Shown: positions 17,520-24,000 of the stretch, piece by piece
How positions within the stretch are numbered: position 1 is the first letter of the stretch
How the letters are laid out: each line of letters opens with the position of its first letter
Origin: Anaerolineae bacterium
Lineage (GTDB): Bacteria > Pseudomonadota > Alphaproteobacteria > DSM-16000 > Inquilinaceae
Length of the DNA: 24,000 nucleotides
Direction of reading: 5' to 3'
Assembly (NCBI GenBank): GCA_028285185.1
Contig: JANQQD010000106.1
Coordinates: forward strand, 1 to 24,000
Notes under the pieces: generated by a model
The model's input: only the letters and a program-made list of their open reading frames with translations
Database searches by the model: none
What the model was told of the DNA's origin: nothing
Position numbers and translations under genes: made by a program

Positions 17520-17826
17520 GGGCGGTCTCTCCCGACCGGGTCAACACCGCCATCTTCGGTTCCACCGGCGTCGTGCAGGCACGTACGCGTCGGCCATCGG
17601 CCAGCCAGACCCAGCAGTCCTGGCAGGCCCCCATCCAGCAGAAGCCGGCGCGCGCACCGTCGCCGAAATCGCAGTCGCGCACGCGGCGGCCGGCCAGCAG
17701 CAGGGCCGAGAGCAGGACATCGCCTTCCAGCGCATCACAATCGGCGCCGTCGATGGAGATGCGGATGCGGGGGCGATCGAATTCGCCCAACCGTCGCAAC
17801 TGCCCACCTTCATCCGGCGTCGTCAT
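17512..17826 (-). CDS. small (2Fe-2S)-binding subunit, HcnA / gamma-like; first gene of the operon
   Basis: 104 aa. IRISIDGADCDALEGDVLLSALLLAG...GFCWMGACQDCWVWLADGRRVRACTTP, which has the same Cys pattern as 8013-8318. Confidence 0.85.
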   Translation of the reverse strand: MTTPDEGGQLRRLGEFDRPRIRISIDGADCDALEGDVLLSALLLAGRRVRDCDFGDGARAGFCWMGACQDCWVWLADGRRVRACTTPVEPKMAVLTRSGETALG

Positions 17827-17900
17827 GCCGCTGCCTGCCCCCGATGCGATCTTTGCGCTTTTGCGTCAGCTTGCGGGCAGCAGGCGAAGGCGTCAATAGG

Positions 17901-17957
17901 GCATCAGATTATATAAAATGAAAGATAGATGTTTCGTATTGTGGAATTTGAGTGTGT
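17901..17957 (-). promoter_or_regulatory. AT-rich candidate promoter/operator region for the 12-gene operon
   Basis: 30% GC by direct count over 17901-17960. There is a perfect TATAAT on the minus strand at 17908-17913, about 80 nt upstream of ATG 17826. The -35 is weak. TGGAATTTGA at 17942-17951 resembles the palindrome at 18818-18827. Confidence 0.4.
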
Positions 17958-18800
17958 TCAACATCCGGCCATATCGTCGGCGAGATGGTAGCTGTCGGGC
18001 CGGTTCAGGGCTGGATCCAAGGGATTGAGATCCGTCCCGATCGCCGCCGCGGCTTCCATCAGCCGGTTGGCGAGGTTGGGAAGCCGCGGGTCCGGCATGC
18101 TCTCACTCAAGGCGCCGAGGCTGAGCGCCCCGACGGTACCCACATGACGGCATCGGATCGGCACGGCCAGCCCGCGAACGCCCGGCACCAGGTCGCCACA
18201 GTCGTAGGCGTAACCCTGTTCGCGCACGGCCTGCAGACCATGGCGAATGCGCTCTGCATCGAAGCCTTTGTAGCGGTCGAATTCGGCGGCGTTGATGTCG
18301 ATGAGGGTCGCCGCTTCTCGGCCGTCGAGGAAGGCGAGAATGGCAAGGCTGCCGGGTCCGATGCCCAACGGGACGCGCCCGCCGATCATGCCGGTGACCG
18401 TGTGCACGGCGACACCGGCGTCTACCCGGTCGGTGCAAACCGCATCGGCGCCTTCGCGCAGCATCAGGAAGACGTTGGCGCGGGTCTCATGGGCAAGGCG
18501 CAGCAGCCAAGGCCGCGCATGACGCTTGAGCCCGGACTGTCGGGACGCTGCGGCGGCGAGCGAGAACAGCCGGAGACCGAGCGCATAGCCACGCGATCCC
18601 GGATCGTGCCGGGCGAAGCCATTGGCGACCAGGGCCTTCAGCATCCGCGCCGCCGTGGGCTGGGTGATGCCCACCTGTTTCGCAAGATCCTTCAGACGGG
18701 CGCCCCGCGGTGGGGCATCGGCCATGGCCTCCAAGAGGGCGATTGCGCGTTCGATGGCCTGGGCACCGCTGACCGGGTTGGCGCGATCTGGTGAACTCAT
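17958..18800 (-). CDS. IclR-family transcriptional regulator
   Basis: N-terminal winged HTH: AIERAIALLEAMADAPPRGARLKDLAKQVGITQPTAARMLKALVANGFARHD. C-terminal IclR effector domain: ...GRVPLGIGPGSLAILAF...GYAYDCGDLVPGVRGLAVPI. 280 aa. Confidence 0.92.
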   Translation of the reverse strand: MSSPDRANPVSGAQAIERAIALLEAMADAPPRGARLKDLAKQVGITQPTAARMLKALVANGFARHDPGSRGYALGLRLFSLAAAASRQSGLKRHARPWLLRLAHETRANVFLMLREGADAVCTDRVDAGVAVHTVTGMIGGRVPLGIGPGSLAILAFLDGREAATLIDINAAEFDRYKGFDAERIRHGLQAVREQGYAYDCGDLVPGVRGLAVPIRCRHVGTVGALSLGALSESMPDPRLPNLANRLMEAAAAIGTDLNPLDPALNRPDSYHLADDMAGC

Positions 18801-18817
18801 AGGCGATGCTCATAATA

Positions 18818-18827
18818 TGAAATTTCA
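18818..18827. promoter_or_regulatory. perfect 10-bp palindrome TGAAATTTCA in the 37-bp iclR / oxidase divergent gap (candidate IclR operator)
   Basis: The sequence is its own reverse complement. It sits between ATG 18800 (-) and ATG 18838 (+). Confidence 0.35.
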
Positions 18828-18837
18828 ACGTCGCTAG

Positions 18838-20226
18838 ATGAATATGATGGAAAACTGTACCCTCGCCAACGCCATTCGTCCCCCTACGATGCAGGAGCAG
18901 GCTGCCTTGGACCCCACCCCGCTCGATGCGAATACGGTGTGGACCGTGTCTGCGCCGTCGGCGCCGCCGACCGGGCGGCTGGATGATGTGCTGGACGCGG
19001 ACGTGGCGGTCGTGGGGGCCGGCTATACCGGGCTGTCGACGGCGCTGCACGCAACGCTGGCCGGACGCAGCGTGGTGGTGCTGGAGGCGCGGGAGATCGG
19101 CTTTGGCGGGTCTGGCCGCAATGCGGGACACTGCACGCCGACCTTCCATCTACTGGGGTTGTCAGCGATCCGGCGGCTCTATGGAACCCAGCACGGCGAA
19201 AGCGTGATCCGGCTGCAGACGGCAGCGGCGGATCTCGTCTTCTCGCTGATCGACCGCTACCAGATCGCCTGCGAGGCGGAACGTGCGGGCTATCTGCGGG
19301 TCGCCCACACGCCCTCCAGGGTTCCGGAACTGCAGCAGAAGGCGGACCAATACGCGGCACTTGGACTCAATTCGCGGGTGATCGACAAGCCCACGACGGA
19401 TCGGCTGACCGGGTCAGAGCGCTTCTTCGGCGGCTGGCTTTTGGCGGAAGGCGGGCATCTGAACCCGCTGGCCTATGCCCGCGGGCTTGCCCGGGCAGCG
19501 CTGCAGGAAGGGGCGCGGATCTTCACCGGGTCTCCGGTCGTGGCGGTCGAGCCAGCCGGCCAGCGCTGGCGGGTTGTAACGCCAGAGGGCGCGGTGATGG
19601 CCGACCGCGTTGTGATCGGCACCGGAGCCTACACGGCACCGATACCCTGGCCTGGGCTGGAGCGCGCCATGTCGACCATCGATATCGTCGGCGTCGCCTC
19701 GGCCCCACTGCCGGAGGCGGTACGCCGGCGCATCCTCCCTGAGGGCAATAGCCTGGTCGACACGCACAAAGATCCGACGCTCTACAAGCTGGACCGGGCC
19801 GGCCGGCTGGTGACGACCGTCTACCGCGGCCGCAGATTGGGGCGCGATACCGGCCGTACGCTCGCTTATCTGAGCGAGCGTACGCGCTGGCTGTTCCCCT
19901 TCGTCGACGGTCTTGAGTGGCCGCATGTCTGGCACGGCCGCCTGGACTTCCAGCCGCGGACCTTTCCCCGTCTGTTCGAACTGGCGCCGGGCGTGATGGC
20001 CTGCATCGGCTATTCCGGCCGTGGCGTGCCGACGGCAACGGCGATGGGCAAGGTGCTGGCGGACTATGCGGGCGGCGCGGACCCCAAGACGCTGCCGGTA
20101 CCAGTAGAGCCACTGCGCGCCGTGCCGCCGGGCACGGGGTTGGTCCGCCGTACGGTGATGGCGGCCTATCGCACACAAGACCGCTGGCGTGCCTGGCGCG
20201 CCGGTATCGCCGAACCGCGGCCCTGA
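18838..20226 (+). CDS. FAD-dependent oxidoreductase, DAO family (gamma-glutamylputrescine oxidase PuuB-like)
   Basis: DADVAVVGAGYTGLSTALHATLAGRSVVVLEAREIGFGGSGRNAGHC. 462 aa. Divergent from iclR. The start could also be 18844 or 18889. Confidence 0.88.
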   Translation: MNMMENCTLANAIRPPTMQEQAALDPTPLDANTVWTVSAPSAPPTGRLDDVLDADVAVVGAGYTGLSTALHATLAGRSVVVLEAREIGFGGSGRNAGHCTPTFHLLGLSAIRRLYGTQHGESVIRLQTAAADLVFSLIDRYQIACEAERAGYLRVAHTPSRVPELQQKADQYAALGLNSRVIDKPTTDRLTGSERFFGGWLLAEGGHLNPLAYARGLARAALQEGARIFTGSPVVAVEPAGQRWRVVTPEGAVMADRVVIGTGAYTAPIPWPGLERAMSTIDIVGVASAPLPEAVRRRILPEGNSLVDTHKDPTLYKLDRAGRLVTTVYRGRRLGRDTGRTLAYLSERTRWLFPFVDGLEWPHVWHGRLDFQPRTFPRLFELAPGVMACIGYSGRGVPTATAMGKVLADYAGGADPKTLPVPVEPLRAVPPGTGLVRRTVMAAYRTQDRWRAWRAGIAEPRP

Positions 20227-20239
20227 CCTGCCTCGACAG

Positions 20240-20590
20240 CTACAGCCGCTCCACCAGACCTGCGTCGATGGTTGCGGTGAGCGCGCGGCGCACGGCCTCT
20301 TCCGACTGCTTGGCGTGGGCCCGCCGCCCGGCCTCCCAAGTGAAGTACTCGCGTCCAGCCGCCCACTGGGCAAAGGTCACTGCTTCGGCCGGCAAGGGAC
20401 ACGACGTGCCGTTGATCCGAACCGTCACAGAGTCTCCATTTTCAACCAGCCGCTGGCCGCGGCCACGCACGCGGTAATGCTCAACCAGCTCGCGGACCGG
20501 AAGGGCGACGCCGGGTGTCCGCCCTCTTATCACAGACTGATCCGTAAAATTTTTGCAGTATTGTAATAATTTCGGCAAATGGCCTTGCAA
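20240..20590 (-). CDS. hypothetical protein (start uncertain)
   Basis: GC3 is 18/20 by direct count in this minus frame over 20281-20340, which supports coding. No family was recognised. The first ~23 codons lie in AT-rich sequence, so the true start may be further downstream. Confidence 0.5.
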   Translation of the reverse strand: MQGHLPKLLQYCKNFTDQSVIRGRTPGVALPVRELVEHYRVRGRGQRLVENGDSVTVRINGTSCPLPAEAVTFAQWAAGREYFTWEAGRRAHAKQSEEAVRRALTATIDAGLVERL

Positions 20591-20608
20591 CGCCGCCCGT
20601 CGCCGGCG

Positions 20609-21328
20609 TCAGAACAGATCCTCCAGCCGGCAGTTCACCAGCATCTCCGCCACCACGGCGTTATCCGGCAGGTTCAGCGCCGTTTCCACCAGCTGGGCCA
20701 AGTCTTCGGTCTGGATCATGTCGGTGGCGGCTACCTTGTCGACACCGGCCGTCATGTCTGTGCGCACGAAGCTTGGGCAGATGGCCGTGGCGCGAAGGCC
20801 ATGGTCCCAGCCGTGCCGGCGTATCGCATGGGTCAGCGCGATTACCGCGTGCTTGGTCATGGCATAGCCGACATTGGGGTTCTTCACCCGCTTGCCCGAT
20901 AGCGACGAGACGTTGACGACACGGCCGTGGCCGCAGGCGATCAGATGCGGCAGGGCCAACCTGGTCAGCCGGAGCGGGCCCTTCACATTGGTCAGCCACA
21001 TGGCGTCGAGGACGCTTTCGTCGGCGTCCTCCAGGGTGAAGTCGGGCTTGGCGATGCCGGCATTGTTGACCAGGCCGTCGATGCGCCCGAAGCGTTCCAG
21101 GGTCCCGGCAACCCAGGCTTCGGCCGAGCCCAGATCGGTGGCGTCATAGGCGAAACGGGCAATCCGCCAGTCGGGCAGATCGACGGTCGCGGACGCGAGC
21201 CGGTCGAGGTCGCGTGCGCCCAGGCTGATCCGGAACCCGCTGGCCCCGAGCCGCCGGGCGACCGCCAGCCCAATGCCGCGATTGGCGCCTGAGACCATGA
21301 TCACGCGTTCTCCGGGAGCCAACATCAT
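20609..21328 (-). CDS. SDR-family oxidoreductase (classical short-chain dehydrogenase/reductase)
   Basis: Cofactor motif VSGANRGIG, NNAGI, and catalytic S...YAMTK (SSLSGKRVKNPNVGYAMTKHAV). Start trimmed to the ATGATG at 21328/21325, which is preceded by GAGG. Confidence 0.88.
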   Translation of the reverse strand: MMLAPGERVIMVSGANRGIGLAVARRLGASGFRISLGARDLDRLASATVDLPDWRIARFAYDATDLGSAEAWVAGTLERFGRIDGLVNNAGIAKPDFTLEDADESVLDAMWLTNVKGPLRLTRLALPHLIACGHGRVVNVSSLSGKRVKNPNVGYAMTKHAVIALTHAIRRHGWDHGLRATAICPSFVRTDMTAGVDKVAATDMIQTEDLAQLVETALNLPDNAVVAEMLVNCRLEDLF

Positions 21329-21473
21329 CGCCTCGTTCGTCGCATTTGTCGGAGTGAGCCGGCAGAGAAGGGCCACCGGCCAAGATCCATTTGTGTTGCC
21401 TGACCTTTAGAAACCGTCAAGCCGATGAGCCGCGCATGCTTGGGAGGGCGCCGGTCCGACGCGACCTCGCGAG

Positions 21474-22511
21474 TCAGACGGCGTTACCGTCGCGGCCCAG
21501 GAAACCGCGGAGAAAGCTGGCGAGGTTTCTGCCAAGGGCCTCGGAGAGGTAGCCGCCTTCCTGCACGATCAGGGTCGGCAAGCCAAGCGCGCGGATAGCG
21601 GAGGCGATACGGCCGAAACCCCGCGTGGAGATGCCCATGCCGACGAAGGGATCCCCTTCATAGGTGTCCAGGCCGAGAGCCAGGACCAGCGCATGCGGCG
21701 CGAAAGACCGGATCCGTCGCAAGGCGCCGTCCAGCGCCTGCAGATAGGCATCGTCCCGCGTCCCCCTGGGCAACGGCAGGTTCAGATTATAGCCGAGGCC
21801 CGCGGCCTCACCCCGCTCGTCCGCATGGCCCCAGAAGAAGGGATAGAAGCCGGACGGGTCGACATGCAGCGACACCGTCAGGATGTCGGCCCGATCGTAG
21901 AAGATGCCCTGGGTGCCGTTGCCGTGGTGCACATCGACATCCAGGATGGCCACGCGGCCGCACCAGCGGCGCAGCCGCTCCGCCGCGATGGCGGCATTGT
22001 TCAGGAAGCAAAACCCGCCGGCCATATCGGCGAAGGCGTGATGGCCGGGTGGACGGCAGAGGGCATAGACCGGTTCGCCCGAGGCCCGCAGCAGATCGGC
22101 CGCATGGGCCGCCGTGTGGCTGGCAGCAAGCGCAGCATCCCAGGTCTCGGCTGAGATGGAGCACGCCATGTCTGCCTGGTGATAGCCGGCCTGGCCAACC
22201 GGCGAGGCGGGATAGGCGCCGGTGCGGGCTCGCGGATGCACGTTCGGCACGACCTCCGCACCCGCCCCGTCGAGGGTGCTCCAGCGTTCGTGGATATGCT
22301 CCAGGAATTCGAGGTATTCCGGCGTGTGCACGGCGGCTGCGGGGCCGCGGCCCAAACCGGGCGGAGAGACGATATCCAGACCCAGGTCTCCGACGCCCGA
22401 CAGCAGAGCGTCGATCCGGGCCGGGACCTCGGGGCTCTCGCGGGCAACGCCGGTGACCAGGAAGTGCCTGGGGTGATGGGCACGCTGCCCATCGGAGAAG
22501 ACGACCTTCAT
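21474..22511 (-). CDS. histone deacetylase-family amidohydrolase (acetylpolyamine amidohydrolase / acetoin-utilisation AcuC-like)
   Basis: RPPGHHA, DVDVHHGNGTQ and C-terminal VQEGGY motifs. Start trimmed to ATG 22511 (MKVVFSDG...). Confidence 0.9.
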   Translation of the reverse strand: MKVVFSDGQRAHHPRHFLVTGVARESPEVPARIDALLSGVGDLGLDIVSPPGLGRGPAAAVHTPEYLEFLEHIHERWSTLDGAGAEVVPNVHPRARTGAYPASPVGQAGYHQADMACSISAETWDAALAASHTAAHAADLLRASGEPVYALCRPPGHHAFADMAGGFCFLNNAAIAAERLRRWCGRVAILDVDVHHGNGTQGIFYDRADILTVSLHVDPSGFYPFFWGHADERGEAAGLGYNLNLPLPRGTRDDAYLQALDGALRRIRSFAPHALVLALGLDTYEGDPFVGMGISTRGFGRIASAIRALGLPTLIVQEGGYLSEALGRNLASFLRGFLGRDGNAV

Positions 22512-22576
22512 ACGCAGTCCGCTGCATCGGCGCATGCCGACGCCCTCACGCGTTGATCACTCCCAAAGGAGAATGT

Positions 22577-22606
22577 GGGCCGCACCCGACGAGACGGCTG
22601 CGGCCC
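22577..22606 (-). terminator. candidate terminator hairpin after the VOC gene
   Basis: 8-bp inverted repeat GGGCCGCA (22577-22584) / TGCGGCCC (22599-22606) with a 14-nt loop, lying 9 nt downstream of the TAA at 22615-22617. On the minus strand it is followed by acattctcctttggg. Confidence 0.4.
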
Positions 22607-22614
22607 GGGCGGCG

Positions 22615-23010
22615 TTAGCAGTCTGTCTGTGCCATTGTCATCAGGGCGACATAGGCGCCGGCAGGGTCGGTGATGACGCAGAATCGACCGACGTTGGGGA
22701 TGTCGGTTGGCGGCACGGCGACGGTGCCGCCAAGCTCAGTCACCTTGGCCGCGCTGGCGTCGACATCCGGCACCTGAATGTACGACAGCCAATGGGGCGG
22801 CGTGCCGTCCGGAACCCCATATTGCGCCATGTCCATCATGCCGCCCGTCATCGTCTCTCCCTTCTTGAAGATCATGTAGGGACCTTGCGGCATGTCCACG
22901 GTCTCGATCGTCCAGCCAAGAAGCTCGCTGAAGAATGCACCAACCTTGGCCGTGTCCCTGGTGGCAAGTTCGTTCCAGGTGAAGGTTGCGTCTTTCTCTT
23001 GTCCCGACAT
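22615..23010 (-). CDS. VOC-family (glyoxalase/bleomycin-resistance fold) protein
   Basis: 131 aa. FTWNELATRDTAKVGAFFSELLGWTIETV...HWLSYIQVPDVDASAAKVTELGGTVAVPPTDIPNVGRFCVITDPAGAYVAL is typical of small VOC proteins. Confidence 0.88.
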   Translation of the reverse strand: MSGQEKDATFTWNELATRDTAKVGAFFSELLGWTIETVDMPQGPYMIFKKGETMTGGMMDMAQYGVPDGTPPHWLSYIQVPDVDASAAKVTELGGTVAVPPTDIPNVGRFCVITDPAGAYVALMTMAQTDC

Positions 23011-23081
23011 GCGGATGCTCTCCGGTGGTTGCGGCTGTAATGCCGTCGCCAGGGTGCTGCTAATCGGCTAGCGTTTCCACC

Positions 23082-23750
23082 ATGTCATCGGAAATTGATG
23101 ATCCTGTTGCCGCGGCGGCTTTCGTGCGGGCCAACACGACCGTAGCCGCGCCGCCGCTGGTGCCCGAGATCCGGCTGTATTTGGCGACCGAGATCACGCC
23201 GCTGTGGCAGGCCACGGAAGTAGAGCTGGCGCGGACCGGACTGCCGCCGCCCTATTGGGCATTTGCCTGGCCCGGCGGGCAGGCACTGGCCCGCCTGTTG
23301 TTGGATCGACCGGCAATGGTCTCGGGACGGCACGTGCTGGATTTCGCTGCCGGCTGTGGGCTGGCGGGACTGGCGGCGAAACGGGCCGGGGCATCGGCCG
23401 TCACGCTGGCGGATATCGATGCGATGGCGGCGGCGGCAGCATTGATCAACGCCGAGATCAACGGTCTTGCGATCGAGACGACGAGCGCCGACCTTGTCGG
23501 TGATGCGCTAGCGGATACGGACGTCGTTCTGGCCGGAGATGTCTGTTACGAAAAGCCGATGGCCGAACGCGTGGCGGCTTGGCTCCGCGACCTCGCCGGG
23601 TCGGGCAAGACCGTACTGCTGGCCGATCCGGGCCGTGCCTATCTGCCGCAATCCGGGTTAGAGCCTTTGGCGCGGTACTCGGTCCCGACAACCCTTGAAT
23701 TGGAGGACCGGGACTGCCGCGAAACGACAATCTGGCAGGTTCGCGCCTAG
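23082..23750 (+). CDS. class I SAM-dependent methyltransferase (small PrmA / protein-lysine methyltransferase-like)
   Basis: Motif I VLDFAAGCGLAGLAAKRAG, acidic motif VTLADID, and post-motif VVLAGDVCYE. 222 aa. Confidence 0.85.
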   Translation: MSSEIDDPVAAAAFVRANTTVAAPPLVPEIRLYLATEITPLWQATEVELARTGLPPPYWAFAWPGGQALARLLLDRPAMVSGRHVLDFAAGCGLAGLAAKRAGASAVTLADIDAMAAAAALINAEINGLAIETTSADLVGDALADTDVVLAGDVCYEKPMAERVAAWLRDLAGSGKTVLLADPGRAYLPQSGLEPLARYSVPTTLELEDRDCRETTIWQVRA

Positions 23751-24000
23751 CCGACGTTCGGGGCTGGCAGAGCGTGGGCCGCAAGCGACTCCGTCCGTCG
23801 CCGCCGGAGGGCCTCGTCGGCCACCATGCTCAGGATGAAGTCGTCGAGCGGTACCCCTGGGTCCAGTAGATCACGCGCTGCCGCCAGGGCAGTGTCCTGG
23901 GGCAGGGGCGTATGGGACCGGCCGACTGCCTCCACTGCGGCCAGCGGCACGGGAACCCCGTGCGGTGCGAAGGCCCCGCGGCGGCCGTGGTAGGTGAAGA
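23747..24000 (-). CDS. hypothetical protein, 3' (C-terminal) fragment; the ORF runs off the right edge of the window
   Basis: The frame stays open to nt 24000. Its stop overlaps the convergent methyltransferase stop in the palindrome CTAG (23747-23750). No family was recognised. Confidence 0.45.
   Translation of the reverse strand, partial: FTYHGRRGAFAPHGVPVPLAAVEAVGRSHTPLPQDTALAAARDLLDPGVPLDDFILSMVADEALRRRRTESLAAHALPAPNVG

Noticed and set aside
15001-17826. Reading the 104-aa 2Fe-2S, 462-aa and 377-aa trio (and its paralogues at 5460-9420) as the hydrogen cyanide synthase hcnABC.
   Set aside because: Subunit sizes and order do resemble HcnABC. However, both sets are translationally coupled to an uptake ABC transporter and sit under an IclR regulator, which fits a catabolic opine or imino-acid dehydrogenase better. 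I cannot fully exclude hcnABC without a phylogeny.

Overview
High-GC, Alphaproteobacteria-like DNA (taxon is inference) with about 26 tightly packed genes. No rRNA, tRNA, CRISPR array, transposase or integrase was recognised.

**1. Quorum-sensing module (about 1.5-4.7 kb), the main result.**
- A LuxR-type autoinducer-binding regulator lies on the minus strand at 1541-2305.
- It is divergent from one uninterrupted 2-kb ORF at 2644(2614)-4674 (+). That ORF joins a complete cytochrome P450 to a complete LuxI-type acyl-homoserine-lactone synthase, with essentially no linker.
- P450 motifs seen: I-helix AGHETT, ExxR, DPERF and heme loop FGAGQRTCPG.
- LuxI motifs seen: RxxxF-x6-W, ExDxxD and WExxR.
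- I do not know of a characterised P450-LuxI fusion, so it is a candidate route to an oxidised or otherwise unusual HSL signal.
- The luxR 5' end and the shared promoter region are markedly AT-rich compared with the rest of the window.
- The module is flanked by two XRE-type HTH regulators. One of them carries a LexA/CI-like C-terminal domain.

**2. A 12-gene, about 12.4-kb translationally coupled minus-strand operon (17826 to 5460).**
- It encodes a family-5 (peptide/opine/nickel type) ABC importer bracketed by two paralogous flavoprotein dehydrogenase sets.
- Each set has a small 2Fe-2S subunit, an OoxA/HcnB-like subunit and a DAO/OoxB-like subunit. There is also one extra DAO-family gene.
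- An IclR regulator and a divergent PuuB-like FAD oxidase lie upstream.
- The layout best fits an opine-like or N-alkyl-amino-acid catabolic locus.

**3. Right end.** An HDAC-family amidohydrolase, an SDR, a VOC protein, a small SAM-methyltransferase and two hypothetical ORFs.

All calls rest on reading the supplied translations, counting motifs and inspecting junction sequences. No database search was possible.
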